A stretch of 64,000 bases of DNA from Candidatus Hydrogenedentota bacterium (GTDB lineage: Bacteria; Hydrogenedentota; Hydrogenedentia; Hydrogenedentales; SLHB01): contig JARKSN010000288.1 in assembly GCA_029974275.1 (NCBI GenBank), positions 59,435 through 123,434 on the forward strand, given 5' to 3'. The position numbers were made by a program, and so were the translations under genes. Shown piece by piece: positions 40,389-50,562 of the stretch. Position 1 is the first letter of the stretch; each line of letters begins with the position of its first letter. The notes beneath the pieces were generated by a model. That model saw nothing but the letters and a program-made list of their open reading frames with translations. It was not told the origin of the DNA and made no database searches.

Positions 40389-41234
40389 ATGACCCTGAAA
40401 CGGCTCATGGGCCGTCCCATAAGCATTCTCGTGGATGTCCGATGGCGTCTGGGAGACGAAATCATGGCGCTGCCCATCTATGCGGCGCTGAAACGGCGCT
40501 ATCGGGCAAGCACGGTGTGCGTGGCGTGCGCCTATCCCGAATTGCTTCTGGATAACCCCTATGTGGACGCCGTCAACCCGTGCGACGGCGCAACGGATTG
40601 GCTTCTTTCGTTGCGAGGCGCGCCCCGCACGGTCAATCGCTTGATGCATCTGGCGCGCATGGCGCATGTGGCCGTGCCGGAAGAAACCCCGCGACTTTAT
40701 TACGAAGATTGGAACACCCCCCTTCTCGAGGGCATCCCGGATGCAGACAAAGGATTTGTGGCGGTGGCGGCGGGGGCGTCGTGGCCAACCAAACGGTGGC
40801 CGCTGGAATGCTGGCGGGAACTGGCGCGGGCGCTCGAGAAACAGGGATATCCCGTCGTGGAACTGGGGATGGGGCATACGCCGATAGGGACGGGAACGAA
40901 CCTGGCGGGCCGCACGACGGTGCGGGAAGCGGCATGCGTGCTGCACGCCGCGCGCTTGCTGATAAGCGGCGATTCGGGACTGATGCACCTGGCCCTCGCG
41001 GCGGGAACGCCCGTGGTCGCCTTGTTCGGCCCTACGCGCCCGGATATACTGTTCCGTCACGAGCCGCGCCTGACGGCCGTACGAAATGGGCGGGCATGTC
41101 AGGGCTGTTGGAACGCCTCCGAACGGAACGCCGTTCCGGGCGAGTGCCCGCGCGGCATTCCGGACTGTCTGGGGTCGATTGGGGTCGAGACCGTGCTGAC
41201 CCGGGCGATGGAGCGGCTGGAAGGTGGGGCGTAA
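40389..41234 (+). CDS. Glycosyltransferase family 9 (heptosyltransferase-like)
   Basis: LGD, KRWP, DSGLMHLA and VALFGPT motifs. Confidence 0.9.
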   Translation: MTLKRLMGRPISILVDVRWRLGDEIMALPIYAALKRRYRASTVCVACAYPELLLDNPYVDAVNPCDGATDWLLSLRGAPRTVNRLMHLARMAHVAVPEETPRLYYEDWNTPLLEGIPDADKGFVAVAAGASWPTKRWPLECWRELARALEKQGYPVVELGMGHTPIGTGTNLAGRTTVREAACVLHAARLLISGDSGLMHLALAAGTPVVALFGPTRPDILFRHEPRLTAVRNGRACQGCWNASERNAVPGECPRGIPDCLGSIGVETVLTRAMERLEGGA

Positions 41235-42291
41235 TCCGTTACGGATTCTGTTTTTGACGCTATACCCGCGAACGGCGGCGAGTTCGCGGTATCGCGTGGA
41301 ACAGTTTCTGCCGTATCTGCGGGCCCATGGCGTGGCGTGCACGCTGGCAAGTCCGCTCACCGAAGCCGAGTATGCGGTTTTCACGGGACCAGGCCGCCGG
41401 ACGCGCCCGATGTGGTATCACCTGCGAGAAACGCGCCGACGCATCATCCAAATTCTTGCCGCGCGGCGCTACGACATCGTGGTGGTTCAGAAATCCATCA
41501 TGACGGCGTATCTGGCCGGCATGGCGGCGCTGCTCCGGCGCTGCGCGCGGTGCATCGTGTATGATATCGACGACGCCGTTCACTTGGCCCCGCCCCATCC
41601 TTTGCGGGGCGTGTGGCGGCTGGCCGAAAACCGCGCGCAAATCGAGGACTTGATGGGAGCGGCCTCGCTGGTCTTGGCGGGCAATGCGTGGCTCGCCGAA
41701 GCGGCCCGGCGAAACGGCGCGCGAACAGAGGTTTTCCCGACGGTGGTCGACACGGACCGGTTCGTCCCCGCGAAACGGGCCCCGGAACGCTTTTGCGTTG
41801 GGTGGATTGGCAATCCGAGCACAACGGCTCATTTGGGCGAGGCATTGCCCATCTTGGCAGGTTTGCGGAATGCCGACGTACGGTTGGTCGGGGCAGACTC
41901 GAGTCGGCTGGGACCGCTTCCGGAAGCGGCAAGGCCGTGGACGCTCGAGACGGAAGTCTCGGAGATTCAAAGTTTTTCCGTGGGCATCATGCCGTTGCCC
42001 GATACGGATTGGGCGCGCGGCAAATGCGCCTTGAAGGCATTGCAGTACATGGCCTGCGGCGTGCCGGCGGCGGTGTCGCCCGTGGGGGCGGCGCGTGATA
42101 TGATAGAGCACCTGCGCAACGGCATGGTGGCGAACAGCTCGACGGAGTGGGCGGCGGCGCTCGATGCGCTTCGCGATCCATCGTTGCGCCGGGAGTTGGG
42201 AGAAGCAGGACGCGCGACCGTGGAGGCGCGGTATGCATTGAATCGGGCGGCGCCGCGCCTGCTGGAATTGTTGGAGTCCGCCGCACGGTGA
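41224..42291 (+). CDS. Glycosyltransferase family 4
   Basis: ASSRYR, YDIDDA, GWIG and KCALKALQYMA motifs. Confidence 0.88.
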   Translation: MGRNPLRILFLTLYPRTAASSRYRVEQFLPYLRAHGVACTLASPLTEAEYAVFTGPGRRTRPMWYHLRETRRRIIQILAARRYDIVVVQKSIMTAYLAGMAALLRRCARCIVYDIDDAVHLAPPHPLRGVWRLAENRAQIEDLMGAASLVLAGNAWLAEAARRNGARTEVFPTVVDTDRFVPAKRAPERFCVGWIGNPSTTAHLGEALPILAGLRNADVRLVGADSSRLGPLPEAARPWTLETEVSEIQSFSVGIMPLPDTDWARGKCALKALQYMACGVPAAVSPVGAARDMIEHLRNGMVANSSTEWAAALDALRDPSLRRELGEAGRATVEARYALNRAAPRLLELLESAAR

Positions 42292-42337
42292 CAGGGGGTC
42301 GCGTCGGCGTGACCAGAAAGTCTCATAGAGCCTAATC

Positions 42338-43456
42338 GTGATTCGGATTTGTTACATAATTCCTTCGCTGCGTATCGGAGGAACCGAGCGGCAGCTGCTG
42401 TATTTGGTCCGCCACTTGGTTCGCGACCATGAAATCACCGTGATATGCACGGACCACGACGGAACGTTGGCAGGCGATGCGCGGCGTCTGGGCGCCTATG
42501 TGCGCGTGTTGAGGCTGTGGAGCGGGTGGGATCCCAGGCTTCGCCGGAAATTGCGCCATTGTTTCCGGTTGCATCGGCCAGACATTGTGCATACGTTCCT
42601 TTCCGGATTTGACTATGCGGCCAATCGCGCCGCACGCGAAACCGGGGTGCCGGTTGTCATATCGAGCCGACGCGAACTGGCGGCATGGAAAAAACCGCGC
42701 CATCTGCGCCTTCAGAACGCGGCCAATCAGCTGGTTGACGCTGTCGTCGCCAACAGCCAGGCGGTGGCGGATTTCGCGATCCGGCAGGAAGGACTCGACG
42801 CGCACCGCATCCACATAATCCCCAACGGCTGCGACGCCGACGACTTCGTCAGTCGCCTCGATGCCCGGCAGATTCGGCAACGCTTCAAGATTCCGTTCAA
42901 CACCCATGTCATTGGAATGGTTGCGAACTTCAGCCCCGTCAAAGACCACGCGCTTTTTCTCGATATCGCCCAAGAACTGTTCCGCCGACGGCCAGACGTG
43001 CATTTTTTGCTGGTTGGAGCAGGGCCGCTTCAGCGGGACATCGAGCGCCGCATTCGGCAACGAAACCTGGAAAACGCCTTCACGCGCGCAGCGACGATCG
43101 AAGAAATCCGCGATCTATACAGCATCATGTCGGTGTCGGTGTTGTGTTCGAAAGCCGAGGGATTCCCCAACGCCATCATGGAATCCATGGCCGCAGGAAC
43201 GCCTGTCATTGCCGCCGACGTTGGCGGCATCCCCGAACTGGTGCGCGACGGCGTCACCGGAAAACTCGTTGATTCGCGCGAGCCCACAGCCTTCGCCGAC
43301 GCAATCGAAGATTGTCTTGCCCACCCCGAACAGGCCGCCCATCGCGCCCAACAAGCCGCCCGACATCTTCGCGAAGCGTTCAGCGTTCCCGCCATGGCAG
43401 CGCGACACCGGGCGCTCTACCGCGACCTCCTTGTCCACAACACCCACGGCGCGTAA
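42338..43456 (+). CDS. Glycosyltransferase family 4
   Basis: GGTERQL and EGFPNAIMESMA motifs. Confidence 0.9.
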   Translation: MIRICYIIPSLRIGGTERQLLYLVRHLVRDHEITVICTDHDGTLAGDARRLGAYVRVLRLWSGWDPRLRRKLRHCFRLHRPDIVHTFLSGFDYAANRAARETGVPVVISSRRELAAWKKPRHLRLQNAANQLVDAVVANSQAVADFAIRQEGLDAHRIHIIPNGCDADDFVSRLDARQIRQRFKIPFNTHVIGMVANFSPVKDHALFLDIAQELFRRRPDVHFLLVGAGPLQRDIERRIRQRNLENAFTRAATIEEIRDLYSIMSVSVLCSKAEGFPNAIMESMAAGTPVIAADVGGIPELVRDGVTGKLVDSREPTAFADAIEDCLAHPEQAAHRAQQAARHLREAFSVPAMAARHRALYRDLLVHNTHGA

Positions 43457-43491
43457 AAATCCGCCCCCCCTTCTCACGACTCGCCATCCGG

Positions 43492-44028
43492 TCACATGGC
43501 GGCGCGCGCCGCGACGTCTTCGAGCAGATGGCGCAATTCCTCAAGGGAATGATACCCTTCGCGCCGGACAATGGATTTTCCGTCGCGCAGCACGATCGTC
43601 AACGGAATGGACTCCACCCGAAACATGCGAACAATATCTTGGTTATTGGGATCATCGATGTCCACTACGGCGACGCGCACCCCTTCCCCGGCGAGCCGGT
43701 TGAACGATGGAACCATCCGGCGACAAGGGGGACACCACGGGGCGTAAAAATCGATCACAACGGGCTCAGGACTCGCCGCAACCGCCTCGAAGGCCTGCCG
43801 CGAGGCGATGGGAACGATTTCCGGAGCCCACGGCAACGGCGCGGCGCGCGGAGAACCAAACAAGAGATACGCGAGAATCAGAGCCAACGCCCCGCCCCAA
43901 AAACTTCCCGCAAAAGGCGAAAAGGAACCTGCCGCGACGCTGCGCTGCCCACGCCGCCGGCGCCACGCGATCGCTGCGACATACCCCGCGACCGCCCCCA
44001 AAAGGACGGCCAGATAATGCTGGAGCAT
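43492..44028 (-). CDS. Membrane-anchored thioredoxin-family protein
   Basis: Two N-terminal TM segments and FYAPWCPPC. Confidence 0.85.
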   Translation of the reverse strand: MLQHYLAVLLGAVAGYVAAIAWRRRRGQRSVAAGSFSPFAGSFWGGALALILAYLLFGSPRAAPLPWAPEIVPIASRQAFEAVAASPEPVVIDFYAPWCPPCRRMVPSFNRLAGEGVRVAVVDIDDPNNQDIVRMFRVESIPLTIVLRDGKSIVRREGYHSLEELRHLLEDVAARAAM

Positions 44029-44094
44029 CGGACCAATTCCTTATAGCGCGCCGCGCACGAGCGCCGCAGGATTTTCGCCCAAACGCCGCCGGAA

Positions 44095-44415
44095 CTACGC
44101 CAGTGCCTTATCAAGAGCCTTGGCAAGTTCGCCCTTCGCGGTCACGCCGACAAATCGCGCCGAAACGCTCCCCTCCTTGAAAACCAACAGCGTCGGAATG
44201 CTCTGGACGTCGAATTTCCGGGCCAGGTCTTGCTCGTTATCGACGTTGATCTTGCCCACGGCCACTTTGCCTTGATAATCCTTTGCCAGATCGTCGATAA
44301 CCGGGCCCATCATGCGACAAGGGCCGCACCACTCCGCCCAGAAATCCACCAACGCTATCCCGGCGCCCGCAACGGAATCGAAGTTTGCGCTCGTCACGTC
44401 TTGTGCACTGCTCAT
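44095..44415 (-). CDS. trxA: Thioredoxin
   Basis: DFWAEWCGPC and SIPT motifs. Confidence 0.96.
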   Translation of the reverse strand: MSSAQDVTSANFDSVAGAGIALVDFWAEWCGPCRMMGPVIDDLAKDYQGKVAVGKINVDNEQDLARKFDVQSIPTLLVFKEGSVSARFVGVTAKGELAKALDKALA

Positions 44416-44716
44416 CCGGAAACCTCCTTCGTCTCGAACCTGCTGCCCACGCCCCCTGCATAGGGCGACGCTACCGTAAAGAAAGGGATGGCCGCGCGAG
44501 ATTATTCCCCCCCCTCCGGGGCCTGGGCAAACACCCGCACGCTCGAAGTGAATTATAGCCCGGCCAAGCACAGACCGCAATGCCATGCAGGAGCCCTGCG
44601 ATTGTCCGGGTTATGGGAATACGGTATAGTCTTTTCGGGCTTTCTATTGTAACGGCGTATAGCGCAATGCGGCGACGCGAAGCCCCTTGCTGCGCTGAAA
44701 GAACCGAGGTGGCGCG

Positions 44717-45850
44717 ATGGATTTAACGGTGATCACGACGTACCGGTGCAATTCCCGGTGCTCGATGTGCCATATATGGAAATATCCGACCAAGCCCGCC
44801 GAAGAAGTGGACGCGGAAGTGTTGCGCGGGTTGCCGGGCGGTTTTGACAATCTGAATATCACCGGCGGCGAACCGACGTTGCGCACAGACTTGGCCGACC
44901 TGGTCGATGTATTGTATCCAAAATGCCGAATCCTCGAAATCAGTTCCAACGGCCTGCATCCGGAGCGTTTGGAGCCGATCATCCGGAAACGCCCGAACAT
45001 CAAGGTGCGCTTCAGCTTGGAGGGCTTCGACGATCGCAACAATCTCATCCGCGGCGAAACGGACGGCTTCCGGAAAAAGGTCGAAGGTTTGATGCGCCTC
45101 AAGGAAGCGGGCGGCACGGACCTTGGCTTCGGCTCCGTGATTCAGGACGACAACATCGACCAGATCGTCGATCTGTATCGATTTGCCCAGGAACGAGACG
45201 TGGAATACGCAACCTCGACCTTGCACAACGCCTTTCAGTTCCACAAAAACGACAACGTGATGTACGATCGCGTGCGCGTCGCCAAGGAAGTCGAGAAACT
45301 GATCGCCGAAATGCTGCGATCGAACAGCATCAAAAACTGGTTCCGCGCGTACCTGAACCTGGGGCTTATCGAAAACATCCTGGGGCATGATCGGCTGATT
45401 CCCTGCACGGCGGCGACCGACTTCGCCTTTATCGACCCGTGGTGCGACGTATACGCCTGCAATGTGCGGCCCGACTTGTGGATGGGCAATTTACGGAAAC
45501 AGTCCTGGGAAGAAATCATGGACAGCCCCAAAGCGGACGAGATCCGGGCCAAAGTGAGGACATGCACGCAAAATTGCTGGATGGTGACGACGGCGCGCAC
45601 GGCCATGCGCAACCCGCGGGCGCCGCAGTTGCCCAAGGCGCGCCCCTTCTGGTGGGTGGTCGCGAATAAGCTGCGCGTCAGCCTGGGAATGCCCATCCCC
45701 TTTGACAAATACATCGACTATGCGACGTTCGTGAAGGACGAGAGCGCAGTGAAACGGGAATTTCATCTGGACGACAAACCCGCCAAGCGCATCGTCCAGA
45801 ATGCGGACGACGAGCACTATACGTTTGTCGGGCCATACTTCAACCGGTAG
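44717..45850 (+). CDS. Radical SAM protein with SPASM/twitch domain
   Basis: CNSRCSMC and TGGEP motifs; C-terminal CTAA...IDPWCDVYAC...MGNL...CTQNCW. Confidence 0.88.
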   Translation: MDLTVITTYRCNSRCSMCHIWKYPTKPAEEVDAEVLRGLPGGFDNLNITGGEPTLRTDLADLVDVLYPKCRILEISSNGLHPERLEPIIRKRPNIKVRFSLEGFDDRNNLIRGETDGFRKKVEGLMRLKEAGGTDLGFGSVIQDDNIDQIVDLYRFAQERDVEYATSTLHNAFQFHKNDNVMYDRVRVAKEVEKLIAEMLRSNSIKNWFRAYLNLGLIENILGHDRLIPCTAATDFAFIDPWCDVYACNVRPDLWMGNLRKQSWEEIMDSPKADEIRAKVRTCTQNCWMVTTARTAMRNPRAPQLPKARPFWWVVANKLRVSLGMPIPFDKYIDYATFVKDESAVKREFHLDDKPAKRIVQNADDEHYTFVGPYFNR

Positions 45851-45870
45851 ACCCATTCACGGCGTTGCAA

Positions 45871-46335
45871 TCACCACTGGCTGAAAGGACAGACGCTGAG
45901 ATGCGTGTTGAGGTAACGGGGATCGCCCGACACTTCCGCGCCGATCCAGGGAGGAGGCGCGAAAGCCTGGTCCGCGGAAGCAAGTTCGATCTCGGCGAGA
46001 ACCAACGGCGCGTTCGCGCCCTCGAACACGTCCACCTCCCACATAAAGCCCTCATACGGAACCCGGTAGCGCGTCTTCACGACCGGCGCGCCCACGCACA
46101 AGGAAACGAGCATGGCTTCGGCATCGGCGAGGGGGATCGGATAGTCGAACTCCGCGCGCGTTATCGCGAGGGTCGATTGCTTGACGTTCAAAAACGCGCG
46201 GGATCCTTCAATGCGCACGCGCACCGACGACGGCGGACCTAGACACAAATACCCTTGCCGCATGGACGCGCCCGCGGCTCCCTCGCGCCAAGCGTCGCCC
46301 ATCACCAAAAACTTCCGCTCTATCTCGTAGCCCAT
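45871..46335 (-). CDS. CYTH domain protein
   Basis: EIERKF, QGYL, KTRY, WEVD and AEIEL motifs. Confidence 0.92.
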   Translation of the reverse strand: MGYEIERKFLVMGDAWREGAAGASMRQGYLCLGPPSSVRVRIEGSRAFLNVKQSTLAITRAEFDYPIPLADAEAMLVSLCVGAPVVKTRYRVPYEGFMWEVDVFEGANAPLVLAEIELASADQAFAPPPWIGAEVSGDPRYLNTHLSVCPFSQW

Positions 46336-46351
46336 GCATTCCGCCCGCGCT

Positions 46352-47761
46352 TCACTCAAGGCCGTATTTTTTGATTTTGTATTGCAGCGTGGTGCGCTTG
46401 ATGCCAAGATGTTCGGCGGCCTTGGTCTTGTTCCACCGAAACCGCTGCAGCGCTTCGGCGATCATTTCGCATTCGAGACGATCGGTCCGTTCGGACAACG
46501 ACGGCGGCTCCGGCGCGGCGCGCGGAGCCGGCGTGACTCCGGGATCGATATCCGGCTCTTGCGGCGCGAAAAGCATGTCCTGCGGAACTTCACCCCGCGA
46601 GACAATGGCATCTTCGGCGAGAACCACGGCGCGCTCCAGCACATTTTCGAGTTCGCGCACATTGCCGGGCCATGGATAGCGCATGAACAGCGTCATCACG
46701 TCATCATCGACGCCCACGACGTTTTTCCCGGTTTCCGCGCTGAATTTCCGCAGAAAATGATCAATGAGCGCGGGGATGTCGTCCGGCCGCGCCCGCAACG
46801 GCTCCACCCGCAGCGAGAAAACGTTCAGACGATAGTAAAAATCCTCGCGGAATCGCCCTTCCAGGATGGCCTCACGCAGGTCCGCGTTGGTCGCGGCCAC
46901 GATCCGCACGTCCACCTTGATCGTCTGCGCGCTGCCGACGCGCTCGATCTCGCCTTCTTGCAGGGCGCGCAGCAACTTGGTCTGGATATTCGGATCGATC
47001 TCGCCCACTTCATCCAGGAACAAGGTTCCCGTGTGCGCTTGCTCGAAACGGCCCACGCGCCGCGACACCGCGCCCGTGAACGATCCTTTCTCATGACCGA
47101 ACAATTCGCTTTCAAGAATGCCCGGGGCCAGCGCCGCGCAGTTCAGCGCCACAAAAGGGCGGTGTCTGCGAGGGCTTGCGTCATGAATGGCCCGCGCGAC
47201 AAGCTCCTTGCCGGTGCCGGTTGGCCCGGTGATCAGCACCGAACTGCGGCTGGGGCCGATCTTGTCGATCATTTTCAGCAGCGTGCGCGTGTCCTGGCTG
47301 TCGCCGATGATGTACCGTTCCCGTGAACCCGGAACATGCGGCGCGGATGTGCGCGGAGCCGCCACGGGCCGCGCATCCAGGCCCTTGTGCACCTTCATCT
47401 CGATTTGCTGCAGCTTGAAGGGCTTGGTGATGAAATCGAACGCGCCCAAGCGCATCGCCTCGACGGACATTTCGATCGTGCCGTACGCGCTGACGACGAT
47501 CACCACGGTGTCCAGCGATCGATCCTTGGCGGCGCGCAGCACGGCAAGACCGTCGCGTCCGGGCATTCGCAAATCCGTGATGACCACGTCATACGTCTGC
47601 TGCTGGATCAACTCGACGGCCTTGTCGCCGTTCGAGGCGGTCGTCACATCGAACGACAAATCGCGAAACGCGGCGGCCAGCAGTTGACGCATGCCCGGCT
47701 CATCGTCCACCACGAGCATGTGACGCAGCCCGTCCGGCGTGTGTGCAGGAGTTTCGACCAA
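46352..47761 (-). CDS. Sigma-54-dependent response regulator (NtrC family)
   Basis: Receiver domain, GPTGTGKE, GSFTGA, LFLDE, WPGNVREL and a Fis HTH. Start is uncertain (47761 or 47719). Confidence 0.93.
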   Translation of the reverse strand: MVETPAHTPDGLRHMLVVDDEPGMRQLLAAAFRDLSFDVTTASNGDKAVELIQQQTYDVVITDLRMPGRDGLAVLRAAKDRSLDTVVIVVSAYGTIEMSVEAMRLGAFDFITKPFKLQQIEMKVHKGLDARPVAAPRTSAPHVPGSRERYIIGDSQDTRTLLKMIDKIGPSRSSVLITGPTGTGKELVARAIHDASPRRHRPFVALNCAALAPGILESELFGHEKGSFTGAVSRRVGRFEQAHTGTLFLDEVGEIDPNIQTKLLRALQEGEIERVGSAQTIKVDVRIVAATNADLREAILEGRFREDFYYRLNVFSLRVEPLRARPDDIPALIDHFLRKFSAETGKNVVGVDDDVMTLFMRYPWPGNVRELENVLERAVVLAEDAIVSRGEVPQDMLFAPQEPDIDPGVTPAPRAAPEPPSLSERTDRLECEMIAEALQRFRWNKTKAAEHLGIKRTTLQYKIKKYGLE

Positions 47762-47883
47762 ACCAACCGTTCCTTTTGAGAAGCCGGGGCGTTTTGCGGC
47801 GCTCTCGGTCCTGTTCCGGCGCGCATGCGTAACTCTACCACCAACGAAACAGACCGTCAAACGCGCCGGCGGCGGCATCGAAG

Positions 47884-48735
47884 TTGACCGCGTTCCCCGG
47901 GGATGGCACAATCGCCTTTCGCAGCGCCAACAACGCCCTGCACTACGCACGAGGATGTCTTGCCATTCATGCTGCGCGACCGATAGACCGCCCAGACCTG
48001 CACGGCGCCGATGGAGGCGTCGTCACGTCCGTGATTTTATGCGGCGGACGGGGCATGCGCTTGCAGTCCTTGCTGGGATCAATCCCCAAGGCGCTTGCAA
48101 ACGTCGCGGGACGTCCCTTCCTCGATCATCTGTTGACCCGTCTGCATGGCCAAGGCATACGGGACGTTGTGTTATGCACGGGCGTGGGCGCCGACCACAT
48201 CCAAGCGCACTGCCGCGACGGTCAGCCGTGGGGGCTTGCCATCCGCTACTCGCGCGAGGAAAGCCCCCTGGACACCGCCGGGGCTCTCAAGCGCGCCGCG
48301 CCGTTGATCGCGTCGAGTCCGTTCCTGGTCATGAACGGAGACTCCATGGTCCGCGTGGACCTGGCCGCGTTGCTGGCGGCGCACATCCGCGCCGGAGCCC
48401 ACATCACGATCGTGGCGGTCAACGTGTCCGATCGCGCCCGATACGGTTCGTTGCGCCTGGAAGCGGATGACCAGATCGCGGGATTCGAGGAGAAGGGAGT
48501 CGCGACAGGACCGGGGCCTGTCAGCGCCGGGACGTACGTGATCAACCGCGATGTTCTGGAAACGATTCCGGCGGACAGAGCAGTCTCCCTCGAGCACGAC
48601 GTATTTCCTCGGTATGCGCGCCGGGGGCTTTTGGGATTCCAAACGCCGGGGCCTTTGCTAGACATTGGCACGCCCGCATCCTACCGGACCGCCCCGGACA
48701 TCCTCGCCAAAATCATGGAGGAAACCGCGTCATGA
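47884..48735 (+). CDS. Sugar-1-phosphate nucleotidyltransferase (HddC-like heptose-1-P guanylyltransferase)
   Basis: ILCGGRGMRL, PK, PLDTAGAL, NGD and DIGTP motifs. Start may be later (about 48031). Confidence 0.82.
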   Translation: MTAFPGDGTIAFRSANNALHYARGCLAIHAARPIDRPDLHGADGGVVTSVILCGGRGMRLQSLLGSIPKALANVAGRPFLDHLLTRLHGQGIRDVVLCTGVGADHIQAHCRDGQPWGLAIRYSREESPLDTAGALKRAAPLIASSPFLVMNGDSMVRVDLAALLAAHIRAGAHITIVAVNVSDRARYGSLRLEADDQIAGFEEKGVATGPGPVSAGTYVINRDVLETIPADRAVSLEHDVFPRYARRGLLGFQTPGPLLDIGTPASYRTAPDILAKIMEETAS

Positions 48736-49712
48736 TCATCACCCGGGCTCCTCTTCGCGTAAGTTTTCTGGGCGGCGGGACGGATTATCCCGAGTATTTT
48801 CTCCGCCACGGGGGAGCGATCCTGGGAACCGCCATCGACAAGTTCTCCTACATCACGGCGAGCGCCTTTTATGGCCGGCTGTTCGATTACGCCATCCGGC
48901 TTTCCTACCGGAAACCGGAGATCGTCAACCGAATCGACGAGATCGAACATCCGGTGTTTCGCGAAAGCCTGCGCTACTGCGGCATTGACCGCGATATTGA
49001 GCTGCATACCGTTGCGGACTTGCCCGCCTTTACAGGCCTGGGCTCCTCCTCGTCCTTCACGGTCGCCTTGCTGCACGCGTTGCACGCGTTTCGCGGCGAA
49101 TTCAGAACGCCGCAACAACTGATGTACGAGGCCATCCATGTCGAACGCCATTTGTTGCAAGACCCGGTCGGCTGCCAGGACCAAGCCTTGGCGGCGTTTG
49201 GGGGATTCAACCTGATCGAGTTCCATGCCGAAGACGACATCCGGGTGCATCGGGCCCCGATCGCCCCGGAACGGCTGCGTGAGCTGGAGCAGCATTTGTT
49301 TCTGGTGTTCACAGGCATCCGCCGACGCGCCGCCGACGTGGTCGTCGGCCAACTCGCGCGCCTCGACGAAAATCGATCCGTTCTTGCCGACATGCGCCGC
49401 ATGGTCGATCAGGGTTGGGATATCTTGGTCGGAGCCCGGCCATGGCAGGAATTTGGGCAATTGCTCCACAAAACCTGGCTTGCCAAACAAAGTCTCGACG
49501 CGGGCGTATCGAATCCCGCCATTGACGCCCTATGCCGGCGCGGTCTCGATGCGGGGGCATGGGCGGCCAAACTGCTGGGGGCGGGCGGCGGCGGCTTCAT
49601 TTTGTTTTTCGCCCCACCCGAACTGCGGCCCGCCCTCGAACGCGCCTTTGCCAGCCACCCATGTCTTTCCGTCGCCGTCAATGCGCCCGGTTCAGAAGTG
49701 ATTTTTTCGTAA
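48732..49712 (+). CDS. GHMP kinase (HddA-like heptose-7-phosphate kinase)
   Basis: RAPLRVSFLGGGTD, GLGSSS, GCQDQ and KLLGAGGGG motifs. Confidence 0.88.
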   Translation: MIITRAPLRVSFLGGGTDYPEYFLRHGGAILGTAIDKFSYITASAFYGRLFDYAIRLSYRKPEIVNRIDEIEHPVFRESLRYCGIDRDIELHTVADLPAFTGLGSSSSFTVALLHALHAFRGEFRTPQQLMYEAIHVERHLLQDPVGCQDQALAAFGGFNLIEFHAEDDIRVHRAPIAPERLRELEQHLFLVFTGIRRRAADVVVGQLARLDENRSVLADMRRMVDQGWDILVGARPWQEFGQLLHKTWLAKQSLDAGVSNPAIDALCRRGLDAGAWAAKLLGAGGGGFILFFAPPELRPALERAFASHPCLSVAVNAPGSEVIFS

Positions 49713-49793
49713 CGATCAGCGGCCGTTCTTTTCCCGAAACGTCTTCGTCAAACATTCGCCATGCGCCCATGTGGACGAATGGGCGGAAATGCT

Positions 49794-50453
49794 CTATAGG
49801 CCGGCGTAAAGAAAAGCGGGGCGCAACAAGTCTTTGGATTCGGGTTGCAACGCGCTTTCCTTGCGAAACGCGTCAAACAAGGCCTTCGCATGCGTCTTGG
49901 CCTTTTCCTTGGGAATATCCAGCGCTTGATATTGCCACGCCCGCGTCAACACGTAGACGCCGCCGCGATCCTGAAGCGACACCTCCACCGCATACAAACG
50001 CCCCCCGGCGAGAAAATAGACGTTTCCCGTCGCCGCACGGACAGGTTCGGCGGCGGTTTTCAAGCGGGCATACACCCCCCCGAACGCAACCGGCGCGGCG
50101 TCGCCAAGCGAAACGCCCGACCGGACAAGTTCCTCCCGGAAATCCGAAAGAGCCTGAAGCGGCGGATCGTCATGGGCTGCCGCCACCGCGTTGATTCGGT
50201 CATAGGATCCCGTGCGCAAACCTTCAACAATCCCGCGAGCCGTCTCGGCGACCGCTCCCGCGGGCCGAGACCACCCGAACCATGAATACGCCCCAATCGC
50301 CGCGCCGCCCGTCGCCAACAACACCACCACGATGCCCGCCAGGCGATGCGCCCTGACGCGCCATGCCGCGGCGCGAGTCGCATGCCACTCCAGCGGACGC
50401 ATGACTTCCGTCAACACTTCCTTGTCGAATTCCAATCGCCTGGCGGTTTGCAC
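49794..50453 (-). CDS. Hypothetical single-pass membrane protein
   Basis: One TM segment (LAGIVVVLLATGGAAIGAY); AAGGGA RBS. Confidence 0.65.
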   Translation of the reverse strand: MQTARRLEFDKEVLTEVMRPLEWHATRAAAWRVRAHRLAGIVVVLLATGGAAIGAYSWFGWSRPAGAVAETARGIVEGLRTGSYDRINAVAAAHDDPPLQALSDFREELVRSGVSLGDAAPVAFGGVYARLKTAAEPVRAATGNVYFLAGGRLYAVEVSLQDRGGVYVLTRAWQYQALDIPKEKAKTHAKALFDAFRKESALQPESKDLLRPAFLYAGL

Positions 50454-50562
50454 GCGTGGCGTCCCTTAATTTCGAAAAAGCCCCTTGGGGCGGCCTCGTT
50501 TTCTGTGCGACGCGGAACGGATCGTCCGCTTGCTTTTCCCGGACTTTCGAGCCGTCGGCGCA

